A DNA stretch of 64,000 nt from an uncultured Clostridium sp. (GTDB lineage: Bacteria; Bacillota; Clostridia; TANB77; CAG-508): positions 3,896 through 67,895 of the forward strand of contig CAMYZH010000001.1 in the NCBI GenBank assembly GCA_947303785.1. The letters run 5' to 3'. The position numbers were made by a program, and so were the translations under genes. Positions 9,298 to 18,770 of the stretch are shown in pieces. A model generated the notes under the pieces. It saw only the letters and a program-made list of their open reading frames with translations. It searched no databases and was not told the origin of the DNA. How positions within the stretch are numbered: position 1 is the stretch's first letter; each line of letters opens with the position of its first letter.

Positions 9298-9864
9298 CTA
9301 AAGATATAGTTTATTATTTTTAATATATTCTTTTATTTCCTTTGTTACATATTTGTCAATTGACATATTTTCTTTTAAATTATTTCTAATCAATGTTGAA
9401 CTAATTTTTAAGTTTTCATTATTTTTCATATAAAATACATTTTTATCATTTATATGATTCTGACTTGTATTATCTCTTTGAAAAACTATGTATTTATATT
9501 GTTTTAAATCATCATAATGATTCCATGAAGGCATTTTAATATAATTATCTTCACCCATTATAAAGTATACTTGTTTATCTTTATTGTTTTCAGCTATTAA
9601 ATTTAATATTTCATATGCCGAATATTTAGAACTTTTTTTACTTTCTATTCTTGATACTCTAAGATTCGGCTCATCTTTTACGATCAAATCTAGCATTTGG
9701 CATCTTTTATCAAAATCTATTAAATCTTTCTTTTGATAATAGTCATTTACAGGAACAAAATAAAATATGTCTAAATTATATTCTTTCAATGCCTGTTTTG
9801 CTAAATTTAAATGAGCAATAGTTGGTGGATTAAACGAACCTCCAAAAAAACCAATTTTCATCAT
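9298..9864 (-). CDS. nadD: Nicotinate-nucleotide adenylyltransferase
   Basis: 188 aa. The N-terminal IGFFGGSFNPPTIAHL matches the (H/T)xGH nucleotidyltransferase motif, and the C-terminal ISSTLIR matches ISST-IR. Confidence 0.85.
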   Translation of the reverse strand: MMKIGFFGGSFNPPTIAHLNLAKQALKEYNLDIFYFVPVNDYYQKKDLIDFDKRCQMLDLIVKDEPNLRVSRIESKKSSKYSAYEILNLIAENNKDKQVYFIMGEDNYIKMPSWNHYDDLKQYKYIVFQRDNTSQNHINDKNVFYMKNNENLKISSTLIRNNLKENMSIDKYVTKEIKEYIKNNKLYL

Positions 9865-10550
9865 TTTATTTCTAACCTTTTTAGTTCTTCTTTTACAATT
9901 GAAAAAATTTCTTCATGTATATCTTCAATTGTTCTAATTTTATTATCTTTTACACATTTAATTTCTGTCCATCCATAAATTTTTGGCAATTCGCATGCAG
10001 CATTATAGCTATCAATCATGTGATTTACATCTTTTTCATGTATATCTTTATTCATTGTATGACTAAATTTATTTTCTCTATTTTTTATAAGTTCTAAGCT
10101 TTTTTCAGGTGGCATATTTAAGAAAAATACTTTATCTGGTTTTGGAATTTTATAAATATTAAATTCGAGATCCATAAGCCAATCTAAAAATTTTCTTCTT
10201 TCTTCTTTGTCTTTAATTTTCCCTGTTTGGTGAATCATACTAGCTGTAGTATATCTATCTGCCAGTATAATTCCACCTTCATTATAATACTTTTCTAATT
10301 GAGTTTTAAATGTTGCATATCTATCTGCAGCATAAAATGTTGATGCAACATATGGACTAACATCTTTTGCATTTTCTCCAAATTCTCCTGATAAATACAT
10401 TTCAACTAAAGATGATGATCTGCTATCATAATTTGGAAATGAAATCGACTTATAATTTATATTTTCTTTGTCAAAACTTTCTTTTAATAATTGTAATTGT
10501 GTTTGTTTTCCACTTCCATCAGTTCCATCGATTACAAATAATTTTCCCAT
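9861..10550 (-). CDS. tmk: Thymidylate kinase family protein
   Basis: 229 aa. P-loop IDGTDGSGKQTQ, a DRY motif (ADRYTTAS) and a lid region. Overlaps nadD by 4 nt. Confidence 0.7.
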   Translation of the reverse strand: MGKLFVIDGTDGSGKQTQLQLLKESFDKENINYKSISFPNYDSRSSSLVEMYLSGEFGENAKDVSPYVASTFYAADRYATFKTQLEKYYNEGGIILADRYTTASMIHQTGKIKDKEERRKFLDWLMDLEFNIYKIPKPDKVFFLNMPPEKSLELIKNRENKFSHTMNKDIHEKDVNHMIDSYNAACELPKIYGWTEIKCVKDNKIRTIEDIHEEIFSIVKEELKRLEIK

Positions 10551-10564
10551 ACTAGATACTCCCT

Positions 10565-12160
10565 TTACTTTATTCTTTCAAATAGTGGTTCAATATTTTT
10601 ATTTTTTAAATCTATTTCTTTTTCTAAAAAGATTGGTTCCCATTTAGTGTTTTCAATATCTAGATAATTTCTAATCTTTTCTGTTGTGCCTGGCATTATT
10701 GGTGAAAATAAATTACTTAAATTTGCAATTACTGTAGAACATGTATAAATTGTATTATTAAATTTTTCTTCATTTTCTTTTACCTGTTTCCATGGTTCTT
10801 GTGTATCATAATACTTATTAGTTTGTTCTACTAAATTCATGATTTTTGAAGTAGCTTCTCTAAATTCAAGTTTTTCAATTAAGTTTCCTACTTCATTGTA
10901 TATATTTAGAATAGTTTTTTTAATTTCTTCATCTAGAACTCCATGTTTGATTTTTTCGATTCCTTTAAATTTTAAAGTTCTATTTACTAAATTTCCAAAT
11001 TTATTTAATAATTCGCCATTATGTGTTGCAATAAAATCTTCTGGTGTAAAGTTTGTATCTTTTTTTTCTGGTCCATTGCTTACTAAATGATATCTTAAAG
11101 AATCTAATGGATAAATATCTAATGCTTCTAAGGCAGTAATTCCAATCTTTTTGCTTTTTGAAAATTTTTGATCATTATAATTTAAATATTCAGTTGAAAC
11201 TATTGTATCAACTAAGTGGAAGTTATCTTCTTGCCCTAGTAATAGTGCATTTAGAATAATACTATGGAATACTATATTGTCTTTTCCATGGCACATATAT
11301 ATTTTATTATTTCTTCCTTCTTTCCAGAAATCTTCGTAATTAAGTCCTCTTTCTTCACATACTTTCATTGTATCTGTTAAGTATCCAAGTACAGCATCTA
11401 TCCATACATACATTCTTTTGTCTTCATATCCTTCTACTGGAATTTCTACTCCCCATGTAATATCTCTAGTTACTGCTCTTTCTTTTAATCCTTGATTTAA
11501 ATATTTATGAGTTTCATTTCTTGCATTTATTCTCCATTCATGTTCAACTTTTTTGGTATGTTCTTCAATTTTTTCTTGAAATTCAGGTAGTTTAAGATAC
11601 AATATTTTATTATTTTTTTGTATTGTTGTATTTCCACAAACGATACATCTGCTTCCTACCAATTCTTCTTGAGTAGGAACGTGAAGGCAATTATCACATT
11701 GATCTCCTTTTGTTTCTTCTCCACATTCTGGACATTTTAAATAAACTTCTCTGTCTGCTAAAAATTTATTACATTTTTCACAAAAGCATTGTGGCTCTAT
11801 TTTTTCGTAAATATATCCATTATCATATAATTTCTTAAATAACATTTTAACTTTTTCTTTATGGTATTCAGTTTTTGTTGCAGAATATAAATCATATGAG
11901 AAGTTTAGTCTCTTAAATAGGTTTCTAAATTCTGTATCATATTGTGTTGCTATTTCATCTGGAGTTCTTCCTTCTTTTCTAGCTCTTTCCGTAATTGGTG
12001 TACCATGGCAGTCGGAACCTGATACAAACATTACATTATCTCCGTTTAATCTATAATATCTGGCTAAAATATCTCCTGAAATTAATCCTGCAATATGTCC
12101 TAAGTGTAATGAGCTATTGGCATATGGCCAAGCATTTCCGATTACAATATTTCTTTTCAT
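10565..12160 (-). CDS. metG: Methionine--tRNA ligase
   Basis: 531 aa with the class I HIGH motif (LHLGHI), KMSKS as KFSKSK, and Zn-knuckle cysteines (CPECG...CDNC). No C-terminal Trbp111-like domain. Confidence 0.95.
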   Translation of the reverse strand: MKRNIVIGNAWPYANSSLHLGHIAGLISGDILARYYRLNGDNVMFVSGSDCHGTPITERARKEGRTPDEIATQYDTEFRNLFKRLNFSYDLYSATKTEYHKEKVKMLFKKLYDNGYIYEKIEPQCFCEKCNKFLADREVYLKCPECGEETKGDQCDNCLHVPTQEELVGSRCIVCGNTTIQKNNKILYLKLPEFQEKIEEHTKKVEHEWRINARNETHKYLNQGLKERAVTRDITWGVEIPVEGYEDKRMYVWIDAVLGYLTDTMKVCEERGLNYEDFWKEGRNNKIYMCHGKDNIVFHSIILNALLLGQEDNFHLVDTIVSTEYLNYNDQKFSKSKKIGITALEALDIYPLDSLRYHLVSNGPEKKDTNFTPEDFIATHNGELLNKFGNLVNRTLKFKGIEKIKHGVLDEEIKKTILNIYNEVGNLIEKLEFREATSKIMNLVEQTNKYYDTQEPWKQVKENEEKFNNTIYTCSTVIANLSNLFSPIMPGTTEKIRNYLDIENTKWEPIFLEKEIDLKNKNIEPLFERIK

Positions 12161-12181
12161 TTATATTATCCTTTCTTATTA

Positions 12182-13762
12182 TTAATAAGGTCTCCTGTTT
12201 TGCCCTCTTATCACATCTATATCATCTTTTTCATTAATAACTGTAGATTCATCTAACCCTAATTGTTTTAAAATTCTTCCTCTTTCACCATAAAGACTAT
12301 TTAAATCTTTTGTGTCTTCGCCTGTCTCTAATTCTTCATCATATTCGCCTTGCAACGATTTGTCATTTTCTGGTTTTGTTTTATTTTCAATTTCTGAAAT
12401 TCGATTTTCTATACTTTTTAGTTTTTGTAATAACTCTTTCTTTTCATTAATATCGTTAAAAGAAATCTTTGATGAAGGTGAATTAATATTTTCTTCTCCA
12501 GCAGATAATTCTGTTGTTTTATTATTTCCTCTATTATTTTCTAAATAAATTCTGCTAGGAAAAACAGAAGAAACAGGAACAGGTACTAACGCTCTTTCGC
12601 CTCTATCAGCATGCTCTATTACACTCATTTGAGTATCACCAAATGTTCCTACATATAATAGGTTTTTAGGTTCACCATATTCACTTTCACCATTTCCTCT
12701 AATTAAAAAATAATTATAATCTTCGTTTGTTGTATTAGCTTTTCCTACTCTAATATCTCCTCTTTTTAATGCTACTTCATCTTTTAAACTTTGATTATCT
12801 TTTAATAAAGAGGCCAATTCGCGTGACGCAGGTGTTGATTCATATCCTTCTAGTTTTTCAAATTTTCCTTCTTCATTTTCTTTTACAATGATAAACTTAC
12901 TTTGAATAACACCATCTCTAGTTCTAACTACATAAGGTGTACCATTATTATTAATTGAAGGATCATTGTAAAATTTTGAACCAACTTCTTTATCATCAAT
13001 TCTAATAACACTAACTATGTCGTCACTGTCAATACCTAGATCTTTTGCCATTTTTTGTTTCTTTTCTTCATCTTGTTTTCTTACTGATTCTTTTTCTTCC
13101 AAAGTAGAGGCCCTTAACGTGTTTCCTTGATTTTTTTCTCTTCCTTCAATTTCTTCTATCACAAGATTACTAGAATTGTCTAATACTCCAAAACTCTTTA
13201 AACTTTCTAGTAATTTAGGCTCAAGTTCTAAATTTCCTCTTTCATCAATTTCTGCTAATTTTTTTAAATTGTTAACTTGTAATCCACCATTTATATCTGG
13301 AACAACTTGAACACCTTTTTTAGCCATTTCAATCAATTGTTCTGGCTTTATTTCTTCTTCTAGACGTTCTTTAATTTGAATACTATCTGCTAAACTTTTA
13401 GAATCTATACTCTCTGCTATACTATTAATACTTTCTAGTTCTAATCCAAGTTTTAATAATTCTTCAATCTCACTTTCTGCTAGTCCTGTTTCTTTAGTAA
13501 CTTGAGCAAGTTGTTCTTTGCTATATTGAGTAGAAGTTATATTAAATAATTCAGTTATTCCTCTAGAATTTTCTAAAAGCAAGATATTCTTAATTGGAAT
13601 ATTTAAGTCTTTTAGTAATTCTAAGCTATCAGCTTGTCTAATAGAAGTATAGGTTTCTTCCATCCTGCCTGTTTTAGATAAATAATCTTGAATTAATGAT
13701 ATTTGTGAAAATTCTTTTTCTATTTTTTTCATAGTATCATCATTTATCTTTCCTTTTATCAT
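12182..13762 (-). CDS. Hypothetical acidic soluble protein
   Basis: 526-aa uninterrupted ORF tightly packed between glmM and metG. No TM segment and no recognisable motif. Confidence 0.5.
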   Translation of the reverse strand: MIKGKINDDTMKKIEKEFSQISLIQDYLSKTGRMEETYTSIRQADSLELLKDLNIPIKNILLLENSRGITELFNITSTQYSKEQLAQVTKETGLAESEIEELLKLGLELESINSIAESIDSKSLADSIQIKERLEEEIKPEQLIEMAKKGVQVVPDINGGLQVNNLKKLAEIDERGNLELEPKLLESLKSFGVLDNSSNLVIEEIEGREKNQGNTLRASTLEEKESVRKQDEEKKQKMAKDLGIDSDDIVSVIRIDDKEVGSKFYNDPSINNNGTPYVVRTRDGVIQSKFIIVKENEEGKFEKLEGYESTPASRELASLLKDNQSLKDEVALKRGDIRVGKANTTNEDYNYFLIRGNGESEYGEPKNLLYVGTFGDTQMSVIEHADRGERALVPVPVSSVFPSRIYLENNRGNNKTTELSAGEENINSPSSKISFNDINEKKELLQKLKSIENRISEIENKTKPENDKSLQGEYDEELETGEDTKDLNSLYGERGRILKQLGLDESTVINEKDDIDVIRGQNRRPY

Positions 13763-13779
13763 TTAATTACTCCTTTATA

Positions 13780-15147
13780 CTATTTCAATTTTTTTTCAAT
13801 AAATTGTGCTAATTTCTTTGCCTTTTCTGTAATTAATCTTTGATCTTCACCTTCAATCATAACTCTTACTAGTGGTTCTGTTCCTGAAGGCCTAATTAAA
13901 ACTCTTCCATTACCTGAAAATTCATCAGTAAGTTTTTCTATTTCTTCTTTTATTTCTTTATCATTTTCATAATCATATTTTTTACTACTATCAACTTTTG
14001 CATTTATAAGTACTTGAGGATAAATATTTATAATTTTTCTAGCTTCTGATGGAAGTTCATGATTTTCGAATAGAATTTTTATTAACATTAATGATGTTAA
14101 TATTCCATCACCTGTAGGATTATAATCAAGATATATAATATGCCCTGATTGTTCACCTCCTAAGTTGTCTCCACATTTCATCATTTCTTCTAGGACATAT
14201 CTGTCTCCAACTTTCGTTTGTTTAAAATTAATACTATTCTTTTCAGCAAATTTCTTTAATCCTAAATTACTCATGACAGTAGCTACTAATGAATGATTAG
14301 CAAGTTTTCCTTTGGATTTTAAATAGTTAGACGCTATTGCAAGCATAATATCTCCATCAATTTCATTACCATTTTCATCAATGGCTAAACATCTGTCTCC
14401 ATCACCATCATATGCAATTCCTAAACTATATTTCCCTTCTAATACTTTTTTCTTAAGCATTTCTAAATGTGTAGATCCACAATTATAATTTATATTAATT
14501 CCATTAGGCTCATTGTTTATAATATCGAAATTAATTCCTAATCTTTTATATATTCTTTCTGCAACTTTATAAGTAGCTCCATTTGCTGTATCTATTAATA
14601 TTTTAAAATCATCAGTTTTATTTTTTGTAATTGATTCATGAAATATACCTACAATAAAGTCTACATAGTCTTCTAACATATCTTCTCTATTTTCTGCTAT
14701 TCCAATTTTCTCAGCAACTGCTGTTAATTCTAATAATTTTTCATCAGAATCCATAATTTCTTCTATTTCTTCTTCTAAGCTGTCTGGAATTTTAGTTCCT
14801 TTATTACTAAAGTATTTAACTCCATTAAATTCAAATGTATTATGAGATGCTGAAATAACTACACTTGCATCAGCATTATATTTTTTAGTTAAATAAGCAA
14901 CAGCAGGTGTTGGTATAACACCTAATATTTTTACATTAGCTCCGTAACTTAAAAATCCTGCAACCATTGCACTTTCTATTAAAGTTCCTGAAATACGTGT
15001 GTCTCTTCCAATTAAAATTGTAGGCGTATGATTAGAATGTTTTGATAAAACATAGGCTCCTGCTTTTGCAACTTTGAATACTAAATTTGGAGACAACTCA
15101 GTATTTGCTATTCTTCTAATCCCATCTGTTCCAAAATATTTTCTCAT
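13780..15147 (-). CDS. glmM: Phosphoglucosamine mutase
   Basis: 455 aa with N-terminal YFGTDGIRR, active-site SASHN, metal loop DGDGDR, and GEQSGH. Confidence 0.95.
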   Translation of the reverse strand: MRKYFGTDGIRRIANTELSPNLVFKVAKAGAYVLSKHSNHTPTILIGRDTRISGTLIESAMVAGFLSYGANVKILGVIPTPAVAYLTKKYNADASVVISASHNTFEFNGVKYFSNKGTKIPDSLEEEIEEIMDSDEKLLELTAVAEKIGIAENREDMLEDYVDFIVGIFHESITKNKTDDFKILIDTANGATYKVAERIYKRLGINFDIINNEPNGININYNCGSTHLEMLKKKVLEGKYSLGIAYDGDGDRCLAIDENGNEIDGDIMLAIASNYLKSKGKLANHSLVATVMSNLGLKKFAEKNSINFKQTKVGDRYVLEEMMKCGDNLGGEQSGHIIYLDYNPTGDGILTSLMLIKILFENHELPSEARKIINIYPQVLINAKVDSSKKYDYENDKEIKEEIEKLTDEFSGNGRVLIRPSGTEPLVRVMIEGEDQRLITEKAKKLAQFIEKKLK

Positions 15148-15314
15148 TTTCTAGTTCACTTTCCTTTCTATATAAAGCTGATAAATTATCAATTTACCAT
15201 AGATGGTATAATTATACATATTAATAACAATATTTTCAAGTTAATTGCCTTACTTTTAGTATTTTAAAATAAAAAAAGAGGTAATATATTTACCCCCTTT
15301 TCATTTATATTAGA

Positions 15315-16130
15315 CTAGTCTTGATTACTTTCTTTTAATTTTCTTTCATTATTTAAAGTTTCAGATAATAATTGAATTATCCAAATTAATACTAAAAATG
15401 CAGGTAAATAAGCTGCTACAGGAATCCTAATAATTGCTATTATAGAAAGAATGAACAATTGATTTAAAATTAGTTTACCAGCTAGTTTTAGTGGCTCTAA
15501 AACAAATGCATTCTTATATAAATTGTGGTATCTTATACCGAAATATACCATTACTATTAACAAGCTTACTCCTAATGGTAAAAATAGATTTTTTATCATA
15601 TCAAATGCACTTGTTCCTGCAACCGTTTTTAATCTTACAGCTGATGAAGTATCTAAAAGTTCCTCTTTTGTATATTCTATATTATATTTTTCTTTTATTT
15701 GATTAATTATTTCTTGTATTTCTTCATCTGATTTGTCATTTATAGCCTTTACATCTAGCTCAATTAAAATCTCGTCTTTTTTCATTTCTTTAATTGAATA
15801 GTCTTTAGAATAAATTTCATTTAGCTTTGACAATAATTTATTGATTTCTTCTTCTTTAAATTTATTTGAATCTACTACTAAAGTTGTCCCATATAATGTA
15901 GCTTTTCTAGTTATATGATCTGTTTTTATATTTTCATCAACTATATTTTTAGCCTTTTTTAAGTCAATATCAGATCCGATAATAATTTCTAATCTTTCAT
16001 GCTTTGAATATAATATTCCATAGTTAAATCCTTTTACAAAAACCATAGTAGAACCTAGAACTACAGCAACTACCATAATTATATATATAGCTTTATTTTT
16101 CATTTTTTTCAACTCCATTCTTTTTTCCAT
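15315..16130 (-). CDS. SecF-like membrane protein (divergent)
   Basis: 271 aa. The N-terminal TM followed by KGFNYGI parallels SecF KGLNLGIDFTGG. A periplasmic-type domain is followed by C-terminal TMs. The canonical GYSINDTIV motif is not recognisable (LIWIIQLLSETL instead). Confidence 0.45.
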   Translation of the reverse strand: MEKRMELKKMKNKAIYIIMVVAVVLGSTMVFVKGFNYGILYSKHERLEIIIGSDIDLKKAKNIVDENIKTDHITRKATLYGTTLVVDSNKFKEEEINKLLSKLNEIYSKDYSIKEMKKDEILIELDVKAINDKSDEEIQEIINQIKEKYNIEYTKEELLDTSSAVRLKTVAGTSAFDMIKNLFLPLGVSLLIVMVYFGIRYHNLYKNAFVLEPLKLAGKLILNQLFILSIIAIIRIPVAAYLPAFLVLIWIIQLLSETLNNERKLKESNQD

Positions 16131-17568
16131 TTTCTGTATTTAATAAAATTATTGATAATATTAAAGTACTTGCAAATGATAATGTTCCCCAGATACTAAC
16201 CATACCAACTGATTGAAGATTAATCTCTTTTCCTAATAATGTAAATACTACTGTTGTAATTATAAATGGAATTATAGATAATACAAATCTTCCAAAGCTT
16301 TCTAGTTTTTCAATTGTTCTTTCTTTATTATATAATGCTAATATTAATACAAAATTTGCTAATGCCATTAACATTATTGTAATAATTCCAGATAGTGAAA
16401 GCGTTACACCTGCATATCTGATTAGTAATAGGTGAATTGCAATATAGAATATTTCTATTAATGAGATAAATATTCCATTTATTTTGTTTTTAATAATATT
16501 AATTATTAGTACTATGGCTAATAAAACGATCGCTATAATAACTATTGTTTTTATAAAGTCACTGTTTAGATTTGAATTTATATATAGTCCTGTATTTAAT
16601 TCATATACTATTGGCATTGTATCTGTATCAACGATTATTTGTTGAAGTATACATTCATTATAATAAGTATTAAATAGCTCCATATCTTCAGATGATACCT
16701 GTTGATAAAGAGTCATTGGTAATTCAGTGTAATTTTCATCTGGTAAGAACCAAGTTGTATATTTATGTCCATCTTCTCCGTCAATTTGAACTGTTATAGT
16801 ACTTTGAACAGCGTTTCCATTTTCATCTGTTGTTTCAATATGGTTTTTAGTAATTTCTTTAAATTTCTTTTGACCTTCATTTGTAAATGATAGTCTAATT
16901 CCTAAATTATATAGGGTTTCGCCCGTATTTTCTGAACTACTTGACTGAGTATAATATGCTTGTGCTTTACTAATCATTGATTTATCCATTAATACTTTTC
17001 CTGAATCAGTATCGATTATTTCAATTTTTCCAGGTGAAGTAATAAGTTCAATTATTGAATCAGCATTATCTGTATAAGGTGTGGCTAGTGTTATTTCTCC
17101 TGTTTCTTCATTTAATCTAACACTAGAATCTGAAACCTTGTATTGATTTAATCTTTTTTCTACTATAGACTTTGATTTTTTATAATTATCCTTATTTAAA
17201 ACAGATGGGTCATTTATTGGTACTTCTTTAGTATCTTCTTCAGTTTCTTCGGAAGTATTATCAATCACATTTACTCCTTCAGTAGTATTGGCATCTTCAA
17301 TATTGTTTTCTTGATTTGTTTCATCTGTATTTTCATTTTCTTCTGTTTGCCCTTCTTCTTCCTCTACAGTTTTTGTTGATTGATCAACTGTAAATTCAAA
17401 AGTTCTAGTATTACTTAATTCTTTGCTAAGCTCATATTCTGGTAGAATATTTTTCCATATGTTTAAATCTCTTTTGTGAATTCCACAGAAAGAAACTATA
17501 CTAACTAGTATTATTATTAATATAGCAATTGCTTTAACTAGTATATTATTTAATGTTCCTTTTTTCAC
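16093..17568 (-). CDS. SecD-like membrane protein (divergent)
   Basis: 491 aa. An N-terminal anchor, a large extracytoplasmic domain with an acidic insert, then a C-terminal TM bundle. MALANFVLILALYNKER aligns to SecD GMAVDANVLIFERIKEE. Gene order D then F. Confidence 0.45.
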   Translation of the reverse strand: MKKGTLNNILVKAIAILIIILVSIVSFCGIHKRDLNIWKNILPEYELSKELSNTRTFEFTVDQSTKTVEEEEGQTEENENTDETNQENNIEDANTTEGVNVIDNTSEETEEDTKEVPINDPSVLNKDNYKKSKSIVEKRLNQYKVSDSSVRLNEETGEITLATPYTDNADSIIELITSPGKIEIIDTDSGKVLMDKSMISKAQAYYTQSSSSENTGETLYNLGIRLSFTNEGQKKFKEITKNHIETTDENGNAVQSTITVQIDGEDGHKYTTWFLPDENYTELPMTLYQQVSSEDMELFNTYYNECILQQIIVDTDTMPIVYELNTGLYINSNLNSDFIKTIVIIAIVLLAIVLIINIIKNKINGIFISLIEIFYIAIHLLLIRYAGVTLSLSGIITIMLMALANFVLILALYNKERTIEKLESFGRFVLSIIPFIITTVVFTLLGKEINLQSVGMVSIWGTLSFASTLILSIILLNTENGKKNGVEKNEK

Positions 17569-17580
17569 CTTTTGTTCCTC

Positions 17581-18243
17581 CTATAATAAATTGGTATTAT
17601 TTATGTATACTTCAAACCATAAACCTAAAAAATTTGCTGCATGTTTACTCATCATCGTTCTTTCCATAAAAATTTCAAAATAATCTAGTACAGGACACAT
17701 ATTAGTGTCTATAGTAAGATCTAATAATATTTTTTTCTCTTCTTTATTAATTGTTAATTTAGAATTAGTGATTGCGTAATTAACTCTATCGTGCTTGTCA
17801 AATAATGACATATTGGTCTTTTTTACTCTACTTCTATGAGCATCTGATTTATCTGCTAAAATTAGCGCTGCAGATATATCACTTACTGCAGTTCCGGAAC
17901 ACTCATCATGATTGCCTATTGCCATCATAATTTCTGTTCTTTCCTTAATATCCATCCCCATATCTTTTAATATGTTTCCAGCTAAAATTGCACCAGTATG
18001 AGCATGGTCTACTCTATTTATAGCATTTCCAATATCATGCAAGTAAGCTGCAATTTGGGCTAATCTTATACGATTTTCATCATATCCCAGAGTTCTAAGT
18101 ATATATGCTGCTCTTTCAGCTACAATATTAATATGTCTATGTGAATGTTCAGTATATCCTAAAACATCTAATTGTCTTTGAGCTGCAAGTATTAACTCTT
18201 CAACTTCTTGATTGTTTTTCACATCTTCTAGTGTTATACTCAC
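17581..18243 (-). CDS. HD-domain phosphohydrolase
   Basis: 220 aa. H...HD signature (HSHRH ... AAYLHDIGN ... HAHTGA ... GNHD). Confidence 0.8.
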   Translation of the reverse strand: MSITLEDVKNNQEVEELILAAQRQLDVLGYTEHSHRHINIVAERAAYILRTLGYDENRIRLAQIAAYLHDIGNAINRVDHAHTGAILAGNILKDMGMDIKERTEIMMAIGNHDECSGTAVSDISAALILADKSDAHRSRVKKTNMSLFDKHDRVNYAITNSKLTINKEEKKILLDLTIDTNMCPVLDYFEIFMERTMMSKHAANFLGLWFEVYINNTNLL

Positions 18244-18317
18244 TTAAATTATCCTCCTTATTTTTACTGTTAAATTTTATATTAAATATATAAAAATATC
18301 AACTATTTTTATTAATT

Positions 18318-18689
18318 TTATTTTAAATTTACGCCTACTATTCCGCCAATACTTCCACAAACAAATGAAACAAACATCATTATAATTGAATATATATTTA
18401 TAGTAAAATTTTTAAGATATATACTTGAGATTAAATACAAAATTATAAAATATATAAAACCAGATAGCCCACCTTTTATAAATCCCTTTTCTTCTGTTTT
18501 GAATGTTGAAATTGAAGTACCAATTAATATACTTATTCCTGATATTATAATAATTGCAGGATTAATAATTTTTTCTGGTACAGTGGATAGTGATAATATT
18601 ATTCCTAATAAATAAAACAATATTATTGTTATCCCAAAACTTACTATTATTCCTTTTCCTATAATAAATTTCTTTTTTATCATTTCCAT
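18318..18689 (-). CDS. Small 4-TM membrane protein (TIGR04086/YrzE-like, tentative)
   Basis: 123 aa, four hydrophobic helices, with a central EEKGFIKGGLSGFIYF segment. Confidence 0.4.
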   Translation of the reverse strand: MEMIKKKFIIGKGIIVSFGITIILFYLLGIILSLSTVPEKIINPAIIIISGISILIGTSISTFKTEEKGFIKGGLSGFIYFIILYLISSIYLKNFTINIYSIIMMFVSFVCGSIGGIVGVNLK

Positions 18690-18770
18690 ACTAAAAATTC
18701 TCCTTTACATAAAAAATCCTTTCATTTCAATATATGAAAGGACTTTTTATAATATTCTTGAAATATAGTA

